64,000 bases of DNA from Lachnospiraceae bacterium (lineage in GTDB: Bacteria > Bacillota > Clostridia > Lachnospirales > Lachnospiraceae), in contig JAUNCZ010000010.1 of NCBI GenBank assembly GCA_030526405.1, positions 2,814 to 66,813 on the forward strand, written 5' to 3'. A program made the position numbers and the translations under genes. How positions within the stretch are numbered: position 1 is the stretch's first letter; each line of letters starts with the position of its first letter. The notes beneath the pieces were generated by a model. The model worked only from the letters and a program-made list of their open reading frames with translations. It was not told the DNA's origin and did not search any database. This document shows, piece by piece, positions 10,114 through 18,992 of this stretch.

Positions 10114-10215
10114 AGCATAAAGCAGACAGGAAGATAACCATTACTTTGGAAAAGTGAAAACAGGTATAACGTCCGGAAAGGACTTAAGATTAAGTTATAC
10201 AACAGGAGGAGTACT

Positions 10216-10488
10216 ATGAAAAAAACAATTATCACCGTAGTTGGAAAGGACACAGTAGGTATCATCGCAAAAATCTGTAATTACCTTGCAGAGAATCAGG
10301 TAAACATTGAGGATATCTCCCAGACAATCATTCAGGGATACTTCAATATGATGATGGTTACAGACACAAGCAAAAGCGAGAAAAGCGCAGAGGAGCTTTC
10401 TTCAGACCTTAAAGCAATCGGAGAGGAGATCGGAGTGATCATCCGCTGCCAGCATGAGGACATCTTCAACATGATGCACAGAATCTGA
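10216..10488 (+). CDS. ACT-domain protein (UPF0237 type)
   Basis: 90-aa ACT-like ORF with GGAG RBS, immediately upstream of a UPF0210 gene (the classic pairing). Confidence 0.8.
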   Translation: MKKTIITVVGKDTVGIIAKICNYLAENQVNIEDISQTIIQGYFNMMMVTDTSKSEKSAEELSSDLKAIGEEIGVIIRCQHEDIFNMMHRI

Positions 10489-10516
10489 TTATTCTTTCTT
10501 TAAGGAGGCTTTTTTC

Positions 10517-11881
10517 ATGATTAATATTTATGAGGTTAACGAGACAAACCAGATGATCGCCAACGAGAATCTGGATGTACGTACTATTACAATGGGTATC
10601 AGCCTGCTGGATTGTATTGATTCCAATCTGGATAAGCTGAACCGCAAGATCTACGACAAGATTACCACCTATGCAAGAAATCTTGTATCCACAGGAAAAG
10701 AGATCGAGGCCGAGTATGGTATTCCGATTGTTAACAAACGAATCTCTGTTACTCCAATCGCTCTGGTGGGTGGCGCTGCCTGCAAGACCCCGGAGGATTT
10801 CGTTACAATCGCACAGACTCTGGATCGTGCTGCGAAAGAAGTGGGAATCAACTTCCTTGGTGGATATTCTGCCCTGGTTTCCAAGGGAATGACAAAGGCA
10901 GATGAGCTGCTGATCCGTTCCATTCCTATGGCACTGGCTAAAACTGATTTTGTGTGCAGCTCTGTGAACGTAGGCTCCACTAAATGCGGTATCAATATGG
11001 ATGCGGTAAAACTTCTCGGTGAGGTGATCAAGATGACTGCCGAGAACACAAAGGAGAATGACTGCCTTGGCTGTGCTAAGCTGGTGGTATTCTGTAATGC
11101 TCCGGATGACAACCCGTTCATGGCAGGTGCATTCCACGGTGTCACAGAGGCAGATGCCATCATCAACGTTGGTGTTTCCGGACCTGGTGTAGTAAAAGCA
11201 GCTCTTGAGAAGGTTAGAGGCGAGAACTTTGAGGTGCTCTGTGAGACCATCAAGAAAACAGCTTTCAAGGTAACACGTGTTGGACAGCTGGTGGCACAGG
11301 AGGCTTCCAGACGTCTCGGTGTTCCATTTGGTATCATTGACCTTTCTCTGGCTCCAACACCGGCTATCGGTGACTCTGTTGCAGAGATCCTGGAGGAGAT
11401 CGGTCTTGAGTCTGTAGGTGCTCCTGGAACAACAGCAGCTCTGGCACTTCTGAACGATCAGGTGAAAAAGGGTGGTGTAATGGCATCCTCCTACGTAGGA
11501 GGCCTGTCTGGAGCATTTATCCCTGTCAGCGAGGATCAGGGAATGATCAACGCTGTCAATGCAGGTGCTCTTACTCTGGAGAAGCTGGAGGCTATGACCT
11601 GTGTATGCTCCGTTGGTTTGGATATGATCGCTATCCCGGGAGATACAAAGGCAACCACCATCTCCGGAATTATTGCAGATGAGATGGCCATCGGAATGAT
11701 CAACCAGAAGACAACTGCGGTGCGTCTGATCCCTGTAATCGGCAAAAATGTAGGCGATACAGTAGAGTTCGGCGGCCTGCTGGGTTATGCACCGATCATG
11801 CCTGTAAATAACTTCTCCTGTGATGCATTTGTAAATCGTACAGGAAGAATCCCTGCACCAATCCACAGCTTTAAGAACTGA
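10517..11881 (+). CDS. UPF0210/DUF711 (PFL4705) family protein
   Basis: 454 aa. The Gly/Ala-rich pattern is colinear with the UPF0210 family as I remember it, and it is paired with the ACT protein. Confidence 0.8.
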   Translation: MINIYEVNETNQMIANENLDVRTITMGISLLDCIDSNLDKLNRKIYDKITTYARNLVSTGKEIEAEYGIPIVNKRISVTPIALVGGAACKTPEDFVTIAQTLDRAAKEVGINFLGGYSALVSKGMTKADELLIRSIPMALAKTDFVCSSVNVGSTKCGINMDAVKLLGEVIKMTAENTKENDCLGCAKLVVFCNAPDDNPFMAGAFHGVTEADAIINVGVSGPGVVKAALEKVRGENFEVLCETIKKTAFKVTRVGQLVAQEASRRLGVPFGIIDLSLAPTPAIGDSVAEILEEIGLESVGAPGTTAALALLNDQVKKGGVMASSYVGGLSGAFIPVSEDQGMINAVNAGALTLEKLEAMTCVCSVGLDMIAIPGDTKATTISGIIADEMAIGMINQKTTAVRLIPVIGKNVGDTVEFGGLLGYAPIMPVNNFSCDAFVNRTGRIPAPIHSFKN

Positions 11882-11885
11882 TGGA

Positions 11886-11925
11886 AAAGGGGCTGTCGCA
11901 ACAACCGTTGCGATGGCCCCTTTTT
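11886..11925. terminator. bidirectional terminator between convergent genes
   Basis: AAAAGGGGCTGTCGCAAC ... GTTGCGATGGCCCCTTTTT. Confidence 0.8.
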
Positions 11926-11953
11926 GGTGAAAAATGCGTATCCAAATGTATTT

Positions 11954-13324
11954 TTACTTCAGAACCAGCTTTCGACTGTATTCCGGAATAAAGGCTTCAC
12001 CGGAATTTCTGCTGATCAGGGATTCGTAATACTGTGAAGCAAACAGCTCCTTTTCATATTGTCCGGATAGTGGATGGGTTCCGGGATTGGCGGTGATGGC
12101 GATGGGGCCATCCTTTGGAATACCGGAGAGAAGCCCTCCCTTTCTGGCAGAAAGGGACAGGCCCAGCATTCGGATCAGACGCTGTCCCGACGACAATGGT
12201 ACCGGAGAAATGCCAGACTTACCCATCGGCTGGCTGGGTACCGAGATTTCAGCATCCTCCCAGGTGATTCCAAGGAGGATATGAAGCAGTGCTCTCTGCA
12301 GAGCAGTTCTTGTCTGATTCCTTGTCTGCAGAAGTTCAGCAAACTGGGTAAAACTTCGGAATTCCGGCCGGAGATTAATGATTCTGTTTGCCAGCTCCTG
12401 GCTGATATCCAGATAGGAGCACAGGGAGTCCGGTGATTCCTTCCATAACTGATAACGCAGCGCCTCAGAGACCTGATTTTCTAAAACGAAACGGTTCTTT
12501 GAGGCGTTTTCTTTGTACAGAGAAAAACACTGCTCCGGAACGGCGGTTTTTATGGATTCCTGAACCCCGGAGAAGCCTTTTTCTGCGATCTCCCGGCGGA
12601 TGGCTGTGGCAGAGCTGAAGACACCCTCCAGCTGTTCTGCGTGATAGCCGCTGCCGGTGCGCTGCAGGGTTCTGGGCCGGATGCTGCTGTTCAGCTTTTT
12701 CAGAGCCAGAACATACTCCAGACCAAGGATATTGTTGGGTTTTTTTAAAAATTCTTCTATATATACGGGATTCTGAACAGCCTCCCTGGAATGGGAATCG
12801 GCATCTGTGGCGTTGGAGCGGAACGAATCAGAATCCATTGTTTTTGAAAGCAGATCGGGCCTGCTACAATATTCACCGAGGGCAGCAGATCGGGCAGCCG
12901 GGTAGGACAGCCCCTTTTTCAGATGCTCTTTCAGCAGATCCTGGTATTTCTCCGGCTCTTCCTTAAGGATATCTGCCAGAAGGGTGAAGGTTTCAAGGGC
13001 CCCCTCCTCGCTTCCGAACCACAGTTCATCCACTATTTCCAGACCATTTAATATAGAAACAGCCCCCTCGGCAAAGCGTTGGGCGCTGCCAGTGGCGAAG
13101 GCCAGGGGTAGTTCCAGTACCAGATCGGCACCACAGAGCAGGGCAGTCTCTGTGCGGACAAACTTGTCAAAAAGAGCAGGAGTGCCTCTCTGGACAAAAT
13201 CTCCTGACATCAATATGATCAGAAAGTCAGCGTCAGAGCGTTTCTGTACCTCTGAAAGCTGATAGGCATGACCGTTATGAAATGGATTGTATTCTGTAAT
13301 AATGGCAGCTGTTTTCATGAACAA
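11954..13324 (-). CDS. tmcAL: TmcAL/YlbM-type nucleotidyltransferase (tRNA-Met cytidine acetate ligase family)
   Basis: N-terminal IITEYNPFHNGHAYQ motif and overall UPF0348 architecture. Confidence 0.75.
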   Translation of the reverse strand: MFMKTAAIITEYNPFHNGHAYQLSEVQKRSDADFLIILMSGDFVQRGTPALFDKFVRTETALLCGADLVLELPLAFATGSAQRFAEGAVSILNGLEIVDELWFGSEEGALETFTLLADILKEEPEKYQDLLKEHLKKGLSYPAARSAALGEYCSRPDLLSKTMDSDSFRSNATDADSHSREAVQNPVYIEEFLKKPNNILGLEYVLALKKLNSSIRPRTLQRTGSGYHAEQLEGVFSSATAIRREIAEKGFSGVQESIKTAVPEQCFSLYKENASKNRFVLENQVSEALRYQLWKESPDSLCSYLDISQELANRIINLRPEFRSFTQFAELLQTRNQTRTALQRALLHILLGITWEDAEISVPSQPMGKSGISPVPLSSGQRLIRMLGLSLSARKGGLLSGIPKDGPIAITANPGTHPLSGQYEKELFASQYYESLISRNSGEAFIPEYSRKLVLK

Positions 13325-13497
13325 TACTCCTTTTATTCAGGTCGCCTCGGCGTACCTGGGCGAGACGCAGGTCAGCCTTGTGGAGCTCCTTCTGTGTGCG
13401 CCTCTGCCATGTTACATGATATTGTAGCAGAGACAGGTTTTTTTGTCGATGTGCAGACCGGGGTGTGAGCCGGATTTTTGTTTTATGAAAAAAGAGG

Positions 13498-13526
13498 TTT
13501 ACAACTGTAGGAATCTATGGTATAGT
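13498..13526 (+). promoter_or_regulatory. rpsO promoter
   Basis: TTTACA, 17-nt spacer, TATAGT, followed by a ~85-nt leader. Confidence 0.55.
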
Positions 13527-13614
13527 CAGACGGTGTGAGGCCCTGATTCGGATTCTGGAGACTCCGACCGAGTCCTGATCAGTGGTGAAATTAATATTTA
13601 AGGAGGCAATCATA

Positions 13615-13881
13615 ATGATCGCAAAAGAGAAAAAACAGGACATTATCAAAGAGTTCGCAAGATGTGAGGGTGACACAGGTTCACCAGAGGTACAGGTAGC
13701 TATCCTGACAGCACGTATCAAAGAGCTGACAGAGCATCTGAAAGAGAACCACAAAGATCATCATTCCCGTCGTGGTATGCTGAAAATGATCGGTAAAAGA
13801 CGTGGTCTTCTTGACTACCTGAAAAAAACTGACATCAACAGATATCGTGCACTGATCGAGAAACTTGGAATCCGTAAATAA
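13615..13881 (+). CDS. rpsO: 30S ribosomal protein S15
   Basis: 89 aa. GGAGG lies 8 nt upstream of ATG 13615. S15 sequence ([28 protein letters not shown]). Confidence 0.95.
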   Translation: MIAKEKKQDIIKEFARCEGDTGSPEVQVAILTARIKELTEHLKENHKDHHSRRGMLKMIGKRRGLLDYLKKTDINRYRALIEKLGIRK

Positions 13882-13905
13882 TTCCGTTTATTCTGTGCAG
13901 ACAAT

Positions 13906-13941
13906 GGGGGCGGATTTCATAATCCGCCCCTTAATTTTGTT
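13906..13941 (+). terminator. rpsO terminator
   Basis: GGGGCGGATT-TCAT-AATCCGCCCC followed by a T-rich tail. Confidence 0.85.
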
Positions 13942-14129
13942 CTGAGATCATTGGTTCGGAGGTAATCGTACTTTACAGGTACGGTTACTGGCGAATCGGC
14001 AGCAAATTATGCCGATCCGGGCTGTGTTTCGATCCCGGGACCACTGAAAAGTACATCCGAAGAGGTGTATTTTTCAGTTGTTTCGGGCCGCAAGCCCGGG
14101 TTGTGTCAAGAAGAAGAGGAGAATACGAA
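13942..14129 (+). promoter_or_regulatory. structured pnp 5' leader
   Basis: Four consecutive hairpins (GTAA.CGTAC/GTACG.TTAC, ATCGGCA/TGCCGAT, ACTGAAAAGTACA/TGTATTTTTCAGT, CGGGC/GCCCG) lie between the rpsO terminator and the pnp RBS. Confidence 0.5.
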
Positions 14130-16259
14130 ATGGAAGTTATGAAAACATTTTCCACACCGATGGACAGTAGTTACAAAAGCTTTTCCATGGACCTTGCAGG
14201 CAGAAAACTGACTGTAGATGTAGGTCGCGTAGGAAAACAGGCAAATGGATGTGCATTCATGCACTATGGTGACACAACACTTCTGTGTACAGCAACAGCA
14301 TCTGACAAACCAAGAGATGGTATTGATTTCTTCCCTCTGTCAGTAGAGTACGAGGAGAAACAGTACGCTGTTGGAAAAATCCCAGGTGGATTTAACAAGA
14401 GAGAGGGAAAAGCATCTGAGCATGCAATCCTTACCTCCCGTGTAATCGACCGTCCAATGCGTCCGCTGTTCCCAAAAGATTACAGAAATGACGTTACACT
14501 GAACAACATGGTTATGTCAGTAGATCCAGACTGCAATCCAGAGGTTGTAGCTATGCTGGGATCCTCCATCGCAACATGCATCTCTGATATCCCATTTGAT
14601 GGTCCATGTGCAGCAACTCAGATCGGTATGATCGACGGTGAGCTCATTGTTAACCCAACACTGGCTCAGAACGCTGTATCTGACCTGAAACTGACTGTGG
14701 CATCTACCCGTGAGAAAGTTATCATGATCGAGGCTGGTGCTAACGAGGTAAAAGAGGACAAAATGATCGAGGCAATCTATCTGGCACACCAGGTAAACGG
14801 CGAGATCATCAACTTCATTGATACAATCGTAGCAGAGGTTGGAAAAGAGAAACACTCCTATGAGAGCTGTGCTATTCCAGAGGAGCTCTTTGCAGCAATC
14901 AAAGAGATCGTTCCTCCTGCAGAGATGGAAGTAGCTGTATTCACAGACGAGAAACAGGTAAGAGAGGAGAATATCCGTCAGATCACTGCTAAGCTGGAGG
15001 AGGCATTTGCAGAGAATGAGGAGTGGCTTGCTGTTCTCGGTGAGGCTATCTACCAGTACCAGAAGAAAACTGTTCGTAAGATGATCCTTGTAGATCAGAA
15101 ACGTCCTGACGGACGTAAGATCAACCAGATCCGTCCTCTGGGCGCTGAGGTTGACCTGATCCCACGTGTACACGGATCCGCTATGTTCACCCGTGGACAG
15201 ACACAGATCTGCAACGTATGTACTCTGGCTCCACTGTCTGAGTCTCAGAGACTGGATGGTCTTGATGAGAACGAGACTAAGAAACGTTATATGCATCACT
15301 ACAACTTCCCAAGCTACTCTGTAGGTGAGACAAAACCATCCAGAGGACCGGGACGTCGTGAGATCGGACACGGAGCTCTCGCAGAGCGTGCCCTGATCCC
15401 TGTACTTCCAAGTGAGGCAGATTTCCCATACGCAATCCGTACTGTATCTGAGACCTTTGAGTCCAACGGATCCACATCTCAGGCATCCGTATGTTCTTCT
15501 TCTATGTCTCTGATGGCAGCAGGTGTTCCGATCAAGGCTCATGTAGCTGGTATCTCCTGCGGTCTTGTTACAGGCGCTACAGATGATGAGTACCTTGTAC
15601 TGACAGATATCCAGGGTCTTGAGGACTTCTTCGGAGATATGGACTTCAAGGTAGCTGGTACACATGAGGGTATCACAGCAATCCAGATGGATATCAAGAT
15701 CCACGGTCTTACAAGAAACATCGTTGAGGAGGCAATCGCTCGTTGTAAAGATGCTCGTGAGTACATCCTTACAGAGGTTCTTGAGAAATGCATCCCAGCT
15801 CCACGTGAGACAGTAAACGCATATGCTCCAAAGATCGTACAGATCCAGATCAACCCAGAGAAGATCGGTGATGTTGTAGGTCAGAGAGGAAAAACAATCA
15901 ATGCCATCATCGATGAGACTGGCGTTAAGATCGATATCGATGATACAGGTGCAGTTTCTGTCTGCGGAACAGATCAGGCAATGATGGATAAGGCAATCAA
16001 CTACATCAACATCATTACCACAGAGTTCAAAGAGGGACAGATCTTCACAGGTAAGGTTGTAAGCATCAAGGAGTTCGGTGCATTCATCGAGTTCGCTCCT
16101 GGAAAAGAGGGAATGGTTCACATCTCCAAGATCGCAAAAGAGAGAATCAACCACGTAGAGGATGTTCTCACACTGGGTGATGTTGTAAGAGTTGTATGTC
16201 TTGGAAAAGACAAGATGGGAAGAATCAGCTTCTCCATCAAGGACTGCCCAAAAGCGTAA
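14130..16259 (+). CDS. pnp: polyribonucleotide nucleotidyltransferase (PNPase)
   Basis: Two RNase PH domains plus KH and S1 domains. AGGAG RBS before ATG 14130 (the ORF track starts at 14103). Confidence 0.95.
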   Translation: MEVMKTFSTPMDSSYKSFSMDLAGRKLTVDVGRVGKQANGCAFMHYGDTTLLCTATASDKPRDGIDFFPLSVEYEEKQYAVGKIPGGFNKREGKASEHAILTSRVIDRPMRPLFPKDYRNDVTLNNMVMSVDPDCNPEVVAMLGSSIATCISDIPFDGPCAATQIGMIDGELIVNPTLAQNAVSDLKLTVASTREKVIMIEAGANEVKEDKMIEAIYLAHQVNGEIINFIDTIVAEVGKEKHSYESCAIPEELFAAIKEIVPPAEMEVAVFTDEKQVREENIRQITAKLEEAFAENEEWLAVLGEAIYQYQKKTVRKMILVDQKRPDGRKINQIRPLGAEVDLIPRVHGSAMFTRGQTQICNVCTLAPLSESQRLDGLDENETKKRYMHHYNFPSYSVGETKPSRGPGRREIGHGALAERALIPVLPSEADFPYAIRTVSETFESNGSTSQASVCSSSMSLMAAGVPIKAHVAGISCGLVTGATDDEYLVLTDIQGLEDFFGDMDFKVAGTHEGITAIQMDIKIHGLTRNIVEEAIARCKDAREYILTEVLEKCIPAPRETVNAYAPKIVQIQINPEKIGDVVGQRGKTINAIIDETGVKIDIDDTGAVSVCGTDQAMMDKAINYINIITTEFKEGQIFTGKVVSIKEFGAFIEFAPGKEGMVHISKIAKERINHVEDVLTLGDVVRVVCLGKDKMGRISFSIKDCPKA

Positions 16260-16352
16260 TCAGGTAAGGCAGGAAGGGGATGAATAATGTCCCGATACCG
16301 GACTGTGGCAGCACAGAAAGGATAAATCTGCCTGACAAAGAATAAATAATGG

Positions 16353-16409
16353 AAAAGACATCGGTGAGATCTGCCGGAAATGCAGACCGGCTGATGTCTT
16401 TTCTTTTTT
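16353..16409 (+). terminator. pnp terminator
   Basis: AAAAGACATCGG ... CCGGCTGATGTCTTTT stem followed by CTTTTTT. Confidence 0.75.
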
Positions 16410-16500
16410 AGAGGGAATCGTTTCCGGAAATTACCGGGATTTACCCGGACACTGGAAAGGTTATTTTTTCCAAAATAATATAGAATCGGAGGAATAAAGG

Positions 16501-16932
16501 ATGGAAACAATCCGTATTCAGTATTTAAATGATGAGATTGAGAAACTGAAATATATCGATGGAAAATCAGACTGGATCGATCTGCGTGCCGCTGAGGATG
16601 TGGAGCTGAAAAAGGGAGAGTTCAGACTGATCCATCTGGGTGTAGCGATGCAGCTGCCGGAGGGCTATGAAGCTCACATTGTACCAAGAAGCAGCACCTT
16701 CAAGAACTTTGGTGTGATCCAGACCAACCATATGGGTGTCATTGATGAGACCTACTGTGGTCCAAATGACTGGTGGCGTATGCCGGTATATGCAGTGCGG
16801 GACACGGTGATCAGAAAGAACGAGCGTATCTGTCAGTTCAGAATCATGAAGCACCAGCCAATCATCCAGTTTGAAGAAGGAACACTGGATGGTCAGGACA
16901 GAGGCGGTTTTGGAAGCACAGGAACAAAATAA
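16501..16932 (+). CDS. dut: dUTP diphosphatase
   Basis: 143 aa with dUTPase motifs ([23 protein letters not shown]). Confidence 0.9.
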   Translation: METIRIQYLNDEIEKLKYIDGKSDWIDLRAAEDVELKKGEFRLIHLGVAMQLPEGYEAHIVPRSSTFKNFGVIQTNHMGVIDETYCGPNDWWRMPVYAVRDTVIRKNERICQFRIMKHQPIIQFEEGTLDGQDRGGFGSTGTK

Positions 16933-16940
16933 TAAGAACT

Positions 16941-17030
16941 ATGGGAAACACGTTTTGCGAGTTTCGCAAGTTATCGCGGCAGTGGCCAAGGTCACGTGCA
17001 AGCGCGGACGTTGGCTTGTTGCCTGCGTAA
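16941..17030 (+). repeat. copy A of a ~90-nt structured intergenic repeat
   Basis: Ungapped 80/90 identity to the reverse complement of 62405-62494. Lies between the dut stop codon and the terminator. Confidence 0.85.
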
Positions 17031-17072
17031 AAAAAGCAGATGCCAGGCTCTTTGAGCTGCATCTGCTTTTTT
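17031..17072. terminator. bidirectional terminator (dut / DUF1292 gene)
   Basis: AAAAAA-GCAGATGC ... GCATCTGC-TTTTTT. Confidence 0.8.
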
Positions 17073-17075
17073 GCT

Positions 17076-17477
17076 TTAGTTTTCGTTGTTCTCCACGATT
17101 CCGTCCAGTGGATTCTCCTGGAAGCTGATCTGCTCCATCAGGTTATTGAATACATCAGCTGCTGCCATGTACTCATCATCGTCCTCGATGTTGTCCAGTT
17201 CAGGATCACCGTTCTCATTTTTCATGTAGCGGTACAGATATACCTCACCGTTTGCGCTTTCACCCTTCTCATCCAGTGGAAGGAGAGAAATGTACTCTTT
17301 TCCCTCTACCTCAAAGATATTCAGAACTGCACAGGTAACCTCTGTATCATCGTCCAGTGTCAGTGTAACAGTTGGGCTATCAGGATTGATGGCCTCGGTC
17401 TCGCAACCTCCGCAGGTATCGCAGTCGCTGGTGCATGCTGCAGATTCAGCACAGTTGTTTCTGATCTCGTCGCTCAT
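17076..17477 (-). CDS. DUF1292-family protein with Cys-rich N-terminus
   Basis: EYISLLPLDE..VYLYRY..DDDEY core, preceded by CAESAACTSDCDTCGGC. Confidence 0.8.
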   Translation of the reverse strand: MSDEIRNNCAESAACTSDCDTCGGCETEAINPDSPTVTLTLDDDTEVTCAVLNIFEVEGKEYISLLPLDEKGESANGEVYLYRYMKNENGDPELDNIEDDDEYMAAADVFNNLMEQISFQENPLDGIVENNEN

Positions 17478-17753
17478 TGTAAATTCCTCAACTTTCTTTC
17501 GTCGTTCACTGCAGCATATCTGGAATAATCTGTCAGCAAGAAGCCCACAGAGTGCCTCCTGTCCCAGGTAATGGGTGAAGGGGATGCTGCATATTGGTTA
17601 TATAGTATCAGAGAACAGGGGAAATCGCAACCGGAATTCCTCTGTACATCTCTGTTCTGCTGCGAAGCTGTGAACGGAAAAAGACTTTACATCAACGCTT
17701 TAAGGGTGTAACATAGTAAAAGATTCTTATTTCGAAAGGAGTTTACTATAAAA

Positions 17754-18785
17754 ATGGAAAAAGCAAATCTTGACTGGGGTAATATGGACTTCTCCTATAA
17801 ACAGACTGCAGCACGTTTTGTTGCAAACTGGGAGAATGGTGTCTGGGATGAGGGACACATGACTGAGGATGCCAACATTGTGATCAACGAGTGTGCAGGT
17901 GTTCTTCAGTATGCACAGACCTGTTTTGAGGGACTGAAAGCATACACAACTGTTGATGGAAGAATCGTAGTATTCCGTCCTGACCTGAACGCAGCTCGTC
18001 TGAATGATTCCTGTGAGCGTCTCAGAATTCCAACACTTCCAGAGGGAATGTTCCTGAAATCTGTTGACGAGGTGGTTCGTGCTAATGCAGCTTTCGTTCC
18101 TCCATACGGAACAGGTGCTACACTGTACCTTCGTCCATTCATCTTCGGAAGCGGCCCTGTAATCGGTGTTAAACCAGCTCCAAGCTATCAGTATCGTCTG
18201 TTCTCCACACCTGTAGGACCATACTTCAAAGGCGGTGCTAAACCGATCACAATCCGTGTCTGCGACTACGACCGTGCAGCTCCAAACGGAACAGGCCATA
18301 TCAAAGCCGGACTGAACTACGCAATGTCTCTGTATGCCATCGATGATGCACATGAGCAGGGCTTTGCAGAGAATATGTATCTGGATGCAGCTACAAGAAC
18401 AAAAGTTGAGGAGACTGGCGGAGCAAACTTCCTGTTCGTAACAAAAGACGGAAAGGTTGTAACACCAAAATCCAACACAATCCTTCCATCCATCACACGT
18501 CGTTCTCTTATGTACGTTGCTAAAGAGATCCTTGGACTTGAGGCTGAGGAGAGAGAGGTTTACAAAGAGGAGCTTGCTGATTTCGCTGAGTGTGGACTTT
18601 GCGGTACTGCAGCAGTTATCTCTCCTGTTGGTAAGGTTGTAGATCACGGCAAAGAGATCTGCTTCCCTGCAGGAATGGAAGAGATGGGACCTGTGACAAA
18701 GAAACTGTACGAGACTCTGACAGGAATTCAGATGGGTACTGTTGAGGCACCAGAGGGATGGATCCACGAGATCAAATGTGATTGA
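17754..18785 (+). CDS. ilvE: branched-chain amino acid aminotransferase
   Basis: 343 aa, class IV aminotransferase pattern (FEGLKAY, LYLRPF, TGGANFLFV). Confidence 0.9.
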   Translation: MEKANLDWGNMDFSYKQTAARFVANWENGVWDEGHMTEDANIVINECAGVLQYAQTCFEGLKAYTTVDGRIVVFRPDLNAARLNDSCERLRIPTLPEGMFLKSVDEVVRANAAFVPPYGTGATLYLRPFIFGSGPVIGVKPAPSYQYRLFSTPVGPYFKGGAKPITIRVCDYDRAAPNGTGHIKAGLNYAMSLYAIDDAHEQGFAENMYLDAATRTKVEETGGANFLFVTKDGKVVTPKSNTILPSITRRSLMYVAKEILGLEAEEREVYKEELADFAECGLCGTAAVISPVGKVVDHGKEICFPAGMEEMGPVTKKLYETLTGIQMGTVEAPEGWIHEIKCD

Positions 18786-18894
18786 TCATAGCAGGTGATG
18801 GATTCTATTACCTGTAATAAATCAGGAAAAAGATTGATTTTTGCATCATTTGTTTGAATTGTCGAAAAAATTACCGGATGTAACGGAGAATTGA

Positions 18895-18924
18895 TTGACA
18901 GTAAAATCCATGGAATGCTACAAT
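18895..18924 (+). promoter_or_regulatory. strong sigma-A-like promoter upstream of the decarboxylase gene
   Basis: TTGACA, 18-nt spacer, extended -10 TGCTACAAT. Confidence 0.55.
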
Positions 18925-18925
18925 G

Positions 18926-18959
18926 GAGACGTTAAGGGAGACTTTAACGTCTCTTTTTT
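18926..18959 (+). terminator. hairpin plus T-run abutting the promoter (probable ilvE terminator)
   Basis: GAGACGTTAA-8 nt-TTAACGTCTC followed by TTTTTT. Confidence 0.7.
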
Positions 18960-18992
18960 GTGCGTGAGAAAAAACGAACAGGCGGAACAACA

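Noticed and set aside
14517-16154. 545-aa ORF antisense to pnp. Similar long antisense ORFs lie at 10466-11866, 17727-18767, 26643-27641, 33239-34279, 21248-22078 and 58239-59228.
   Set aside because: Each lies opposite a gene with unmistakable homology. Each has no RBS and a Cys/His/Leu/Ser-rich low-complexity composition. They are explained by strong codon bias of the sense gene, which avoids codons whose complements are stops.
16941-17030. 29-codon reading frame inside both copies of the 90-nt repeat, ending at the same TAA (..VGLLPA* / ..FGSLPA*).
   Set aside because: There is no RBS, and copy B would need a TTG start. Of the nine codon differences between the two copies, only two are synonymous third-position changes and seven are non-synonymous. 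That is the opposite of a protein-coding signature.
17478-17753. Looked for a T-box upstream of ilvE, an L-box (lysine riboswitch) upstream of lysC (23857-23978) and a glmS ribozyme upstream of glmS (32226-32245).
   Set aside because: The leaders are too short or lack the conserved cores (no T-box AGAGA/specifier architecture, no L-box-sized structure, only a 20-nt spacer before glmS). Nothing is called.
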